Below are positions 1-10,364 of a stretch of DNA of 64,000 nt, in pieces (positions within the stretch are counted from its first letter, which is position 1; every line of letters begins with the position of its first letter). The stretch comes from Leptolyngbyaceae cyanobacterium (GTDB lineage Bacteria; Cyanobacteriota; Cyanobacteriia; Phormidesmidales; Phormidesmidaceae). Made by a program: the position numbers and the translations under genes. Under the pieces are notes generated by a model, which searched no databases, was not told where the DNA came from, and worked only from the letters and a program-made list of their open reading frames with translations. The stretch covers positions 896,001 to 960,000 of the forward strand of contig CBDHHL010000032.1 in NCBI GenBank assembly GCA_965263355.1, written 5' to 3'.

Positions 1-710
1 CTCAAAAAAATAGCAAATCGGTTTCCCCCTAAATAAGTTAGGGTACTGATTGATAACCTTGGGTCGTTCCACACTCTTTGCCATTGGTGTAGTTGTTGCC
101 CAATTGACTTTAGTACTAGCTGGCTAAATGCATGGCCGTAGCCTGTTTGGAATTCAACATAATTATTGAGGTGGATGATCCACAGACCTGACCATGGCAT
201 TTGCCTAATGCGTTCAAACTGTTCTTTGAGGGTTTCCCAAGTTGCTGCAGACATTAATTGTTTGCAAGTTGACATGGTTGGGGCAAAACTTTTTGCTAAT
301 TGCTCACGCTTACTTAGCTGTGTTTGTACTGCGCGCAAAAAGCTTTGTACGTTAGTTGGTTTAGTGAGATAATCGTCAGCACCATGCTCCATGCTACGTC
401 GAAATGTATTGGAGATATCATGGCCAGTCAACATAATCACAGGAATGGTAGTGGTGGCTGGATGCGATCGCAAATTTGTCAACACATCATATCCACTAAT
501 ATCTGGTAACCCTATGTCACACACAACTAGTTTTGGATGATGTAGCTGTGCTAATTGCATGCCTTCTTGACCAGTAGTAGCGCTCAAGGCTCTAAAGCCA
601 TTAAGATCTAATAGATCACAAAACACCGTAACTAGATCGGCATCATCATCAATGACCAAAACGGTTGTCATTGAATCAGTTTTTTCAGATATCAACTCAG
701 ACATCGGCAT
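1..710 (-). CDS. Response regulator (REC) fused to a degenerate GGDEF domain; C-terminus runs off the left edge of the window
   Basis: Not in the ORF track; translated by hand. ATG at 710 (alternative 671): MTTVLVIDDDADLVTVFCDLL..LVVCDIGLPDISGYDVL..IPVIMLTG..GADDYLTKP (REC), then ..NNYVEFQTGYGHAFSQLVLK..YLGGNRFAIFL (GGDEF-like with GGNRF). Confidence 0.85.
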   Translation of the reverse strand, partial: MPMSELISEKTDSMTTVLVIDDDADLVTVFCDLLDLNGFRALSATTGQEGMQLAQLHHPKLVVCDIGLPDISGYDVLTNLRSHPATTTIPVIMLTGHDISNTFRRSMEHGADDYLTKPTNVQSFLRAVQTQLSKREQLAKSFAPTMSTCKQLMSAATWETLKEQFERIRQMPWSGLWIIHLNNYVEFQTGYGHAFSQLVLKSIGQQLHQWQRVWNDPRLSISTLTYLGGNRFAIFL

Positions 711-1227
711 ATATTAGAGTCACTGCAATCAATTAGCTTCTGTGCCAACATCACATCTCGCCATCGATAGAGTACCCAGCCCTACCCTTAGGTGTCTTAG
801 CCCAATAATCCAAGGCTGATTCCGGACAAGCGGATACCATAGGCAATTTTGCTGATTCTTATAAAAGCATCACAGTACAAATGATGTAAGAGACCTCTAG
901 TGAATGTTGGTTAGACTAGAATTTCCCCCTAGCTTGAATACCAGATCGTGATCTTACCAAGGTAGTTTCGTACTATGAAGAGTCTGTGAATACTATGCAA
1001 AGATTGAAACCCTAACAGGGAAGAAAACATCTTTCTCGTAAAGATTTAATATAAGCAAGCAAGACCACGCCAATAGCATCACCAGGCTATGGTGTTTGAA
1101 TGCACTAACTATTCAAATTACTAGAGCCTTTAGCGGCTGATATCAATCTTTGTTTTTTACATGCATTCAACCGCTTAAAGGGATTCCTATTATTAACTTC
1201 TTACAATTAATTATCTAGCTATCTTTT

Positions 1228-2430
1228 ATGGACTTACAGCATCTGCGTTTACTACTGGTTCAAGCAAACGAACCCTATCGAGATGGCCTAGAGAATGGCA
1301 CACTGAATGCTGAGCAATTAGTCATGCTAGAAGGGTTGACTACATGGGGATTTCAACTACAACAGGTGGGTGTATTGGGCTGTGCCTCAAATGAAATCTA
1401 TGATGAAATCCTAGACACAGGTGTGCGGGTTATCGGCAGTGGTTTGCCTGCAACCAACGAGGCTATTTTTAAGCGATTAGCAGACTTTTGTCCCACCCAT
1501 CTCGTCATTGATGTGCCCGATACTACCCTTTTTCGTTGGGCTGTGCGTAAGCAAGTGCCCTGCATAGCCATGTTTCGAGAACCTCTGACAGGGCCAAGCT
1601 TGAAGCAACGTTGGGATAACTATCAATTATCTAAAGCCTTAAATCACAGTGGTGTTGACTGGGTTGGTGTTCTAGGCCTCGATAATTGTGAGGCTCTGGC
1701 ACAAATAGGTGTACTTCGGGACAAATTAATTCCTTGGAACTGGCCACCGTCAAATCGGGCTGAAACCTTCGAACCAAAACAGTTGAGATCTAAACCTAAC
1801 CCAATACAACTAATTTATGTTGGTCCTCTTTTCTCGACGCGAGGTATCGGTGATTTACTAATTGCTGCAGCTCAACTGAAGTCCCAAGGATGGAATATTC
1901 AACTCAAACTAGTAGGGCAAGGGGATATTAACCGATTTAAGCTGCAAGCAAAACGACTACTAATAGACCATATTGAATTTATTGAAAATATCCCAGATCA
2001 CAATCTAGTGCATCTTATTCGACAAGCTGACATTTTTGTCATGCCGAGCCGCCACGAATCACCAGAAAACTCAAACACTACTTTGAACACCTGTCTACAA
2101 GCACATACACCAATTGTGGCATCCGATCACCCGATGTTTGCTGGTAGTCTCAGCCATGATGTTAACGCCATGATTTTTCCAGCCGGTAACGCCCGTGCCC
2201 TTGCTCAACGCATCGACTATTTGCTAAATCATCCAGACGTATACACCCGGATGTCTGCGGCTAGTCAAAAAAACTGGCAATCACTACAGCTACCCGTACA
2301 TTGGATATCCCTATTGGAGCATTGGCTTCAGGGAACTCACACATCACATCAATGGCTGCAAAAGCACGTATTGACATCCCTTCTTTATCAGCAGCAGTTA
2401 ACCTCAAAACTACTACAGCCCTCTTCGTGA
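1228..2430 (+). CDS. Glycosyltransferase family 4 (GT-B)
   Basis: C-terminal GT4 features LIYVGPL..RGIGDLLIAA, ADIFVMPS, PIVASD, NARALAQRI. Confidence 0.85.
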   Translation: MDLQHLRLLLVQANEPYRDGLENGTLNAEQLVMLEGLTTWGFQLQQVGVLGCASNEIYDEILDTGVRVIGSGLPATNEAIFKRLADFCPTHLVIDVPDTTLFRWAVRKQVPCIAMFREPLTGPSLKQRWDNYQLSKALNHSGVDWVGVLGLDNCEALAQIGVLRDKLIPWNWPPSNRAETFEPKQLRSKPNPIQLIYVGPLFSTRGIGDLLIAAAQLKSQGWNIQLKLVGQGDINRFKLQAKRLLIDHIEFIENIPDHNLVHLIRQADIFVMPSRHESPENSNTTLNTCLQAHTPIVASDHPMFAGSLSHDVNAMIFPAGNARALAQRIDYLLNHPDVYTRMSAASQKNWQSLQLPVHWISLLEHWLQGTHTSHQWLQKHVLTSLLYQQQLTSKLLQPSS

Positions 2431-2473
2431 ACGCTTGATCCAAATCATTCGTGAACGCTTGATCCAAATCATT
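2424..2473. repeat. 24-bp direct tandem duplication spanning the GT4 stop codon
   Basis: TTCGTGAACGCTTGATCCAAATCA x2 (2424-2447, 2448-2471). Confidence 0.95.
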
Positions 2474-2806
2474 GGATGGGCAAGCTTATTGTTGGAAATG
2501 CCCCTCAGACATGCATTAATACCAGAAAATATTGAAATTTTGGTTATTGGCTATAAATTCTGGTGCAGCTAAACCATAAATTTACGAAGCCTGGTTAAAC
2601 TGCAATATTTGGGACAAATAGTCGTAACAAACACGGGCATCCTGGATCAGTAATGTAGGTCGATAGAAGTAGCCCACTAGATCATATGTCTAGGTAGATA
2701 AAACTAAAAGAACTTGAAACTTTCCTGGATAGAAATCAGTCCAATAACTGAGTAAGAACAAACTAGCCTGCAATTTTCATTCGCCTACATCTTCCTAGAG
2801 ACAGTC

Positions 2807-3997
2807 ATGGAAATCGTTCAACCCCCAACCAATAATCAATTACTATCCAGACATTGTTTACAATTGCTACCGTCTCCCTGTAACTCAAAACATGCTCGGT
2901 CAACGTTTCTTAACCTTGTAGGGATCTTATTCCTCAGTAGCCTTTCCATCAATCTCGTGGCGTCTCCAACATTGGCTCAACTGCCGCCCCTGGATCCTCC
3001 TGTTAACAGCTCTACGACAGCTCAGGGGGGAAATATTAATGAGTCAACTGTTGCTTTGGAAACCTATACATTGGGGCCAGGTGACCAGTTAAGGGTAGAT
3101 GTGTTAGTTAACGATGAAGTATTTGCAGACCCCATCGATCAAATTGTTTTACTAGATGGCTCATTAACCTTACCTTGGGTAGGCAAGATTACTGTTGCTG
3201 GGCTGAATCCGATTCAGGCTGAGGCAAAAATAGTGAATGCCTACAGTCGCTATATTCGTACTCCACAAATCACATTCCAGCTGCTACAGCCTCGACCAAT
3301 TCGGGTAGGTATTGTTGGAGAAATCAAACGCCCTGGTGGTTATACCTTGCAAGTCAACTCAGAAGCTGGTGAAGGATCCGAAGCGAGTGAAAGCCGCACT
3401 CGTTTCTGGCCTAGTGTCACTCAAGCCATTAGTAATGCAGGTGGCATTACCCGTTCTGCAGATGTTCGTTCTGTAATAGTCAAACGTGAAGGTGTATCTG
3501 AACTTATTCAGGTCAATCTTTGGGATTTAGTAGAAAGCGGTGATTTACGCCAGGATGTTCTACTTCGAGATGGCGATCAAATTTTCATTCCTACTGCCCA
3601 AGCCATCGACAATGCTGAAGTAATTGCCCTAGCCAACACTACATTTGCCCCCGAAGCTATAACAGTTAACGTTGTTGGTGAGGTCCCATCTCCTGGAAGT
3701 TTTTCAGTTGCCCCAGACACTCTTTTAAATGAAGCTCTATTGACAGCGGGTGGCTTCAATGCCCGATCTCGTACTAGCCGAGTGGAATTAGTTCGCATTA
3801 ATCCCAACGGTACAGTTTCGCAACAAAGGGTAAAAATTGACTTGGCTCAGGATGTTAATAACGAGCAAAATCCTATTCTCCAGGAAGGAGACACCATTAT
3901 TGTGGGTCGTTCAGGTCTGGCTGCCACTGCAGATACTGCGGAGTTAATTTTCTCACCATTGACTAATTTATTTCTGGGCATCTTTGGTATCCAATAA
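2807..3997 (+). CDS. wza: Polysaccharide export protein Wza/OPX (Poly_export + SLBB domains)
   Basis: YTLGPGDQLRVDV, DGSLTLPWVGKITVAGL, VGEIKRPGGY, AISNAGG, LRDGDQIFIP, NPILQEGDTIIV. Confidence 0.92.
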   Translation: MEIVQPPTNNQLLSRHCLQLLPSPCNSKHARSTFLNLVGILFLSSLSINLVASPTLAQLPPLDPPVNSSTTAQGGNINESTVALETYTLGPGDQLRVDVLVNDEVFADPIDQIVLLDGSLTLPWVGKITVAGLNPIQAEAKIVNAYSRYIRTPQITFQLLQPRPIRVGIVGEIKRPGGYTLQVNSEAGEGSEASESRTRFWPSVTQAISNAGGITRSADVRSVIVKREGVSELIQVNLWDLVESGDLRQDVLLRDGDQIFIPTAQAIDNAEVIALANTTFAPEAITVNVVGEVPSPGSFSVAPDTLLNEALLTAGGFNARSRTSRVELVRINPNGTVSQQRVKIDLAQDVNNEQNPILQEGDTIIVGRSGLAATADTAELIFSPLTNLFLGIFGIQ

Positions 3998-4074
3998 TTG
4001 ATGCTGATATTGCTTGTGCGTCTCTACTTACTGCTTTTTTAATTACTACGTTTAGATGGCAGCCTAACTTAACC

Positions 4075-5595
4075 ATGAACTTTATTCGTAACGTTATTGA
4101 CCTTAACCTTCAGTATCTATTTGCTGCAACTCGTCGTGGCATCGTGCCTGCAACGACAGCATTTATTCTGACCGTTTTAGGTGCTGCCACAGTCGCAAAA
4201 CTATTAAAGCCAACCTACTTAGCTGAAGGAAAACTTTTATTTAAACCAGACCGTGCGGCAACACTGACAGGCCTAGACGAAACGGGAAGTCCGTTACAAA
4301 CCATTAGTTTCGGAACCCAGCTAAATTCTGAAATTGAAATCATAACGTCAAAACCATTGGTACAGAAAACCATTGATACACTTCAGCTAACCAACGATGA
4401 AGGCGAACCTTTGAAGGTTGAAGATATTTGGCAAAATCTTCAAGTAAGCGTTATTTTCCAAACAGATGTTTTGTCCTTCTCCTACCTAGATCAGGATCCA
4501 GTAAAGGCAGCTGATATTGTCAATACCCTGATGGATTCGTATCGCGCAGAGAAGCTAGCTAACACCCAAACCGACACTGAAAGTGCAGGAGATTTCTTGG
4601 ATCGCCAGCTACCTCTAAGTGCCGAAAGAGTCAGGCAGGCAGAATATGAGCTGAGGATTTTTCGTGAAACTTACAACATCGTAGATCTACCTGAAGAGCG
4701 TGGCATTGCGGTAGCTGCTCTAAATGATTTTCGTAAAGATACAGACGCCATAAAAGCTCAGTTAGGAGGTCTATATAGCGTACAGGAAGATTTGAGTCGT
4801 CAGGTAGGTATGTCTGTTCCTGAAGCTATTCAGGCAAGTACACTGAGTCAATCTGGTCAGGTTACCGGTATCCTTGCAGACCTTAATGCCGTTCGGCGTC
4901 AAATAGCGTTGCAACAGGTTGAATTTACTGAGGAAAGCCCCGTCCTACAGCGATTATTAGCCCAGGAAGCTACCCTTTTAAACCTTTTAAGTGAAGCCAC
5001 ACAATCGTTAGGTGGCGGTACTATTCAAGAGTCTCTGTTGCAACTTAGTGGTGGCGGTGGTGGCAGTGCAGCAGCCGGTGGTGCAGCCGGTGGTGCAGCC
5101 GGTGGCGGTGGTGCAGCCGGTGGCGGTGGTGCAGCCGGTGGCGGTGGTGCCTCGTTGAGAGCCTCGCTGATTCAAAAATATGTCGACAATGAGCTTCAGA
5201 TTACTACCCTAGAGGGACGTCTTGGAGCTATTGAAACTAATGCCAGCGTGTATCAAGAGCGTGTAAATCTCTTTCCAGAACTGGAACAGCGTCAGCGAGA
5301 CTTAATTCGTAACTTGGAGGCTGCCCAAAAAACGTATCAGGAGCTTTTGGGCAAACGGCAAGAGATACAAGTTAAAGAAAATCAGCTCACTAACTTTATC
5401 CAAATCATTGAACCTGCTATTCCACCAGAAAATCCATCATCCCAGGTGGCAGTTAAGGTAATAGCCATGGGGATTATCGCAGGCTTCGCCCTTGCACTCG
5501 CCATTATTGTTGCAATTGACTTCTTCATCGTCGATATCAATGGTGCGAATAAGGCCTATGATCCCGATGTTTATGACATACCTTCAGGGCTTTAA
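4075..5595 (+). CDS. wzc: Polysaccharide co-polymerase Wzc/GumC-like (no C-terminal kinase domain)
   Basis: N-terminal TM, PTYLAEGKLL, EIEIITSKPLV, DPVKAADIVNTL, coiled coils, IIEPAIPP followed by a C-terminal TM; no Walker A motif. Confidence 0.85.
   Translation: MNFIRNVIDLNLQYLFAATRRGIVPATTAFILTVLGAATVAKLLKPTYLAEGKLLFKPDRAATLTGLDETGSPLQTISFGTQLNSEIEIITSKPLVQKTIDTLQLTNDEGEPLKVEDIWQNLQVSVIFQTDVLSFSYLDQDPVKAADIVNTLMDSYRAEKLANTQTDTESAGDFLDRQLPLSAERVRQAEYELRIFRETYNIVDLPEERGIAVAALNDFRKDTDAIKAQLGGLYSVQEDLSRQVGMSVPEAIQASTLSQSGQVTGILADLNAVRRQIALQQVEFTEESPVLQRLLAQEATLLNLLSEATQSLGGGTIQESLLQLSGGGGGSAAAGGAAGGAAGGGGAAGGGGAAGGGGASLRASLIQKYVDNELQITTLEGRLGAIETNASVYQERVNLFPELEQRQRDLIRNLEAAQKTYQELLGKRQEIQVKENQLTNFIQIIEPAIPPENPSSQVAVKVIAMGIIAGFALALAIIVAIDFFIVDINGANKAYDPDVYDIPSGL
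5047..5151 (+). repeat. In-frame Gly/Ala tandem repeat inside wzc
   Basis: GCAGCCGGTGGT x2 (5071-5094) then GCAGCCGGTGGCGGTGGT x3 (5095-5148). Confidence 0.95.
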
Positions 5596-5691
5596 CAGAA
5601 GACTCTTCAATAACGTACCATCGAATGAAATACGTTTTCATAAGTAACGTTTGTCCATTACGTTTCACAAACCATATACACCCGTTGCCTT

Positions 5692-7164
5692 ATGGTGCTT
5701 CAAAATGCTGCTGCAAGCAAACCATTCTCGGAAGCCAAAAATAAAACTGTCTTAAGAAAGATTGTTGATATATATTTTCGCAAAGACCTCATTGATGGTA
5801 TTCTCGAAAAGTTTGAGTATGCTTTCGTTTTTATTTCGTTCTTTCTCTACACAGATGCAGTTTTAATCGTTATCCTGAGTGGCGGAGCTAGCGAAGGAGA
5901 TGGATTTGACTATGGATCAGTCAACTTTGCGCCTGTTCAGCTATTTTATGTTGCTAATCTCGGGCTTACACTTCTTTTCTTGGCCTGTAGATATAAACGT
6001 ACGATCTATGTGCTACTCAGCAATCCATTGATGCTTGCCACCAGCACGCTGATTGCTCTGTCATTTTTATGGTCAGCCTCCCCTGATGATTCATTTACCG
6101 GAGGGATATTTGCGACCTGTAATATGCTGTTTGCTGTGTATGTATCGGGACGATTCACCCTAAAGCAACAGCTCACCATACTCGGCTATGTCATGCTGAG
6201 TCTTGCGATTCTGAATATTGTTTTTGTCAAAGCATTACCCCTTTACGGAGTTATGGGTCCCCCAGTTCACACGGGGGCTTGGCGAGGAGTATTCACCCAC
6301 AAAAATGGGGCTGGAAAAATGATGGTACTCGCCTGCGGTGTGATGCTTACCATGTTCAACGAGGTCAAAGACAATCGCATCAAATGGCTGTACGTAATCG
6401 GGCTATTGCTTTCCTTCTACATGATCAAGAAAACAGGATCTGGGGGGGCCTTAGTTAATTCGATGTTCATTATGATGATTGTCCTCATCACTCAAGTGTT
6501 TAAAACGGCACCGCGAAAGCTGTTTTTGGCACTTATTTTCATGACATCCTCCGCCATCTTTATCAGTGCTGCCTATGTTCCGATCATGACATTTGCTCTT
6601 GGACTAATTGGTAAGGATCCCACGTTTACAGGACGAACGGATATTTGGGAGTTTGTTTTTGAAATGATTGCCAGACGCCCTGCCCTTGGATACGGGGTTG
6701 GTGGTTTTTGGAATGGCACAGATGGACCATCTCTTTATATTATTCAACGAGCTAAGTGGATGGTGCCTGATGCTCACCAGGGTTTTCTGGATATGACCCT
6801 ACAAATTGGTGTGATTGGTACTTCCATGGTGTGCTTGGTGATGTGGCAAACCCTGCTTCGAGGCATTGCTAGAATCCGCTGGTACAGATCATGGGTAAGC
6901 TGCTTTCCAGCAGTCTACGTAATGTATATCTCCCTGATTAATTTATCGGAGTCATCGCTTTTAGCTCCCAACAGTCTCTTTTGGGTTTTGATCTGTGTGA
7001 CTAGCTTTACCACATCATTTGAGGCCAAGTACCTGATTGACTCTGATCGGTTTGGTTTAGTTGAAAACAGTAAGCTAGTAGAAAGTCCAATGATGCGAAA
7101 AATGCAGCCACCCACACCCCCCACAAATACGCCTTCACCCATAGATACATCTTCTAAAGTTTAA
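5692..7164 (+). CDS. wzy: O-antigen ligase/polymerase family protein (Wzy, ExoQ-like)
   Basis: Multiple TMs; WRGVFTHKN, KDPTFTGRTDIW, RPALGYG, AHQGFLD. Confidence 0.85.
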   Translation: MVLQNAAASKPFSEAKNKTVLRKIVDIYFRKDLIDGILEKFEYAFVFISFFLYTDAVLIVILSGGASEGDGFDYGSVNFAPVQLFYVANLGLTLLFLACRYKRTIYVLLSNPLMLATSTLIALSFLWSASPDDSFTGGIFATCNMLFAVYVSGRFTLKQQLTILGYVMLSLAILNIVFVKALPLYGVMGPPVHTGAWRGVFTHKNGAGKMMVLACGVMLTMFNEVKDNRIKWLYVIGLLLSFYMIKKTGSGGALVNSMFIMMIVLITQVFKTAPRKLFLALIFMTSSAIFISAAYVPIMTFALGLIGKDPTFTGRTDIWEFVFEMIARRPALGYGVGGFWNGTDGPSLYIIQRAKWMVPDAHQGFLDMTLQIGVIGTSMVCLVMWQTLLRGIARIRWYRSWVSCFPAVYVMYISLINLSESSLLAPNSLFWVLICVTSFTTSFEAKYLIDSDRFGLVENSKLVESPMMRKMQPPTPPTNTPSPIDTSSKV

Positions 7165-7290
7165 TGAGTATTGCTGTTCAGCACTTTTCATCTGCTGTAG
7201 CGGATTGAGCAAACTATTTCTCACTATTATTGTTGTGCACTATATGCACAAAGCTATCTTTCTTATACGTCTTAGTTATTAATAAATGAA

Positions 7291-8604
7291 GTGGAAAAAA
7301 TTATTTCTAAAATCAGGGGGATTTTAAGCGGCTCCCTAGCTAAAGACAGCATGTGGATGTTGTCTTCCCAAGTACTGGGAATTTTTATTCAAGGTGCCTA
7401 CTTTGTTATTGTAGCTAGGGTTCTAGGCGCTGAAGCATACGGTATATTTATTGGTATTGCTTCCTTTGTCAAATTAGTTTTTCCGTTTGTTGGCCTGGGT
7501 AATGCTGACATTTTCCTTAAGCACGTTTCAAGAGATCAAAGCTTATTCAGAGGTTACTGGGGCACTACGTTACTGACTTGTTTGCTCTTCAACCTGGGCT
7601 TGATACCTCTGATGCTAGGGCTAGCAAAGTTGATTTTTAGCCCTGAAACATCGCTGCTACTGGTCTTTTTTGTATTGGTAGCAGATTTATTGGGGGGCAA
7701 GTTATGGGACCTAGCCGCTGGTGCGTTTGTTGTCTGTGATCAGTTTAAGCTGGTTGCCCAGAGTAAAATTATTTATGGTCTAGGTAAACTCATTGCAGCT
7801 TTTGGCTTATTGGTCTTCTTTGAGCATGGCAATGTTGTTGCTTGGGGTGGATTATATTGCTTAGGGTCAATTCTACCCGCCCTTTCATCGATACTGACAG
7901 TTAATAAGCTCTTTGGCAAGCCTATATTCAACCTCAGCAAGTATCCACCTGAATTTGCTGAAGGATTTTTCTTTGCCATTGCTCAGTCGGCAGAGACGGT
8001 AAATGGTCAAATTGACAGAACTATGCTGGTCAGTCTGGCTTCAGCAGAAGCCGCTGGTATTTATGCGGCAGGTTACCGGTTTATCGATGTTGGATACATC
8101 ATTATTATTGCCGTAATGAGTGCCACCTACACTCGATTCCTGCGCCATGGTGCTGGTGGCATTAAGGCTGGACTCCAATTTGCAGTAAAGTTAGTCCCTA
8201 TTTCTGTTGGCTATGGAGTAATTTCTGCTATTGCCCTGGTGAGCCTTTCTCCCTTTACAGCCACCCTCTTAGGTGAAGAGTTTGCTCGCTCAGGTGGTGT
8301 GCTGTTGTGGCTAGCGCCTATTCACCTGATTGCCACATTACAGTTCATTGCAGCTGATACTCTGACTGGTGCAGGTTTCCATAGAGTGAGAAGTGCCTTG
8401 CAAGTCACGGCTGCATTTATTAATTTTGGGGCAAACTTATACTTGATTCCTCGTTTTTCTTGGCAAGGGGCCGCTTGGGCCACCCTAACGTCCGAAACGT
8501 TTAAGCTTGTAACCCTTTGGTTGGCTGTCTTCTTTTATAACAGACGAGCAAATATTCAGGGCCAACTGGCCAATGCTGGAACTGCTGGCCCTGATACTGA
8601 TTAA
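7291..8604 (+). CDS. wzx: Wzx-type polysaccharide flippase (MOP superfamily)
   Basis: About 12 TMs; ARVLGAEAYG, IDRTML, AGIYAAGYRF, LIPRFSWQGAAWAT. Confidence 0.88.
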   Translation: MEKIISKIRGILSGSLAKDSMWMLSSQVLGIFIQGAYFVIVARVLGAEAYGIFIGIASFVKLVFPFVGLGNADIFLKHVSRDQSLFRGYWGTTLLTCLLFNLGLIPLMLGLAKLIFSPETSLLLVFFVLVADLLGGKLWDLAAGAFVVCDQFKLVAQSKIIYGLGKLIAAFGLLVFFEHGNVVAWGGLYCLGSILPALSSILTVNKLFGKPIFNLSKYPPEFAEGFFFAIAQSAETVNGQIDRTMLVSLASAEAAGIYAAGYRFIDVGYIIIIAVMSATYTRFLRHGAGGIKAGLQFAVKLVPISVGYGVISAIALVSLSPFTATLLGEEFARSGGVLLWLAPIHLIATLQFIAADTLTGAGFHRVRSALQVTAAFINFGANLYLIPRFSWQGAAWATLTSETFKLVTLWLAVFFYNRRANIQGQLANAGTAGPDTD

Positions 8605-8606
8605 TC

Positions 8607-9695
8607 TTAGCCATGATGCCATTGCATTAACAAGGATTCCATAGTTTCCATAATTTCAATGGTTTCTGATAAAGGCATCAAATCACTTTCTAATTTACCT
8701 GTTTGAAGACACCTAACAACTTCTGTCGCCTCATAGTTATAGCCGTTGCCAGTGAGTGCTCGATGAATATTTTTGGATTTCTCTTTCCGTAACTTGACGA
8801 GAGTCTTAATCAACTGATTTTGTTTCAGCTGATTGATGGCAGATCGTTTCCAACCAGTATAAATGTTTGGCTTCTGAGATGTTACTACTATAGGTTCTTC
8901 AGAAAAACGGGTAATCGTAATATTCTCTGGTTTATAAAATGGTTCTTTAATAGTTATTTTGCCTCGAGTTCCAACAATCAAAGCTTCATTAGAGCTATAG
9001 CTACGTAAGGTAGAATGTAAAACAGCCATAGCTCCATTCTTATAGCGTAGAATTATGGCTGATTGGTCGTCTACTCCTGTTGTACCGATACAAGGATTTC
9101 CACTAATTTGACTAGGCTTGCCAAGTAGAAGAAAGGCAAGGGATAGTGGGTAAACGCCCCGATCAAGAAGGGCCCCCCCTCCTAGTTCAGGGTTAAAAAA
9201 ACGATTTTTTGGATCAAATTCCGTTGGATAACCAAATCCGGCTGTTAACAATTGGACTTCACCAATTTCACCTGATTGAATTAACTGACGTACTTCCTGG
9301 ATTAGTGGCATAAAGCGCATCCACATAGCTTCCATACAGAATACTCGCTGCTGTTTGGCTACGGTCATCACCTCCCGAGCTTCTTGCGAGGTAACTGTAA
9401 ATGGCTTCTCACAAAGTACTGCTTTTCCTGCATTAAGACATAAAATACTGTCAGCTTTATGGCGTGTTTGAGGAGTTGCAATATAAACAACATCGATGTC
9501 TGGGTCCTGTACTAGCTCGTCATAGCTGCCATAGGCTTTATGGGCACTAAATATGTTTGCTAATTCCTGTGCCTTACCAAGTGTCCTAGAGCCAATGGCC
9601 CATAATTGAGCATCAGTAACAGATTGAAGACCTTCGATAAATTGCATGGCTACTGTACCAGTACCCAATATTCCCCAACGAATCACATTACTCAT
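8607..9695 (-). CDS. Gfo/Idh/MocA family oxidoreductase
   Basis: WGILGTG, DVVYIATP, VLCEKP, MEAMWMRF, GGGALLDRGVY. Confidence 0.92.
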   Translation of the reverse strand: MSNVIRWGILGTGTVAMQFIEGLQSVTDAQLWAIGSRTLGKAQELANIFSAHKAYGSYDELVQDPDIDVVYIATPQTRHKADSILCLNAGKAVLCEKPFTVTSQEAREVMTVAKQQRVFCMEAMWMRFMPLIQEVRQLIQSGEIGEVQLLTAGFGYPTEFDPKNRFFNPELGGGALLDRGVYPLSLAFLLLGKPSQISGNPCIGTTGVDDQSAIILRYKNGAMAVLHSTLRSYSSNEALIVGTRGKITIKEPFYKPENITITRFSEEPIVVTSQKPNIYTGWKRSAINQLKQNQLIKTLVKLRKEKSKNIHRALTGNGYNYEATEVVRCLQTGKLESDLMPLSETIEIMETMESLLMQWHHG

Positions 9696-10364
9696 AACTT
9701 ATATAAATATAGTGTTTGTTTAGATTGAGTTTGTAGTCGAGTAAATCTATATCAGCATCATTACTCTTTGAATAAGTTAGCTCACAAGACCCAGTAAATG
9801 ACTATTGCATCAATAGTATTTATCAATAAAAAGTACAATTCTAATACTTTTATTTGTAATGACCTTTGATTTGTCAGGTTCTGTGTGAATTAACCACAGT
9901 GCTTAAGAGAAGTTTATCTTATTTTTTTGGGAATCTTAGTTTAAGGAGCGATTTATTTCTTTCAGCTCTGTTAAGGCTCATAACCTTATAGAACGATAAG
10001 TCTAGTGTATCGTCAAAGCTAAAATTTCAGGTTGGTTACTGATAAAGAGTGAAGGGTAAATAGCAACTCTTCATTCCTTTAAACTCCTTTACTCTTTACG
10101 AGTCTTACCCAAATTTTTAGTCTTGACAGACCACTAGACATAATTTCTGTACAGAGAAACTTTATATGAGTGAGTTCGTCTACAGATGTGTTGCTGGGGC
10201 AAATTACTGAATCCATATTTGTATGGCTTAAATGAGTTCTCGCGACTGTCCGATAGTTTTAATTGTTCTCCTAATGTTTTCCAGATAAAACATTAGTTCT
10301 GATTTTTGTGCGTGTTATCTAAAAGCTTCAATGGTGCAGCTCTGTTAGGTTGAAGGATTAATCT

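Noticed and set aside
166..509. Plus-strand ORFs of 68 and 61 aa
   Set aside because: They are antisense to the REC-GGDEF gene on the minus strand.
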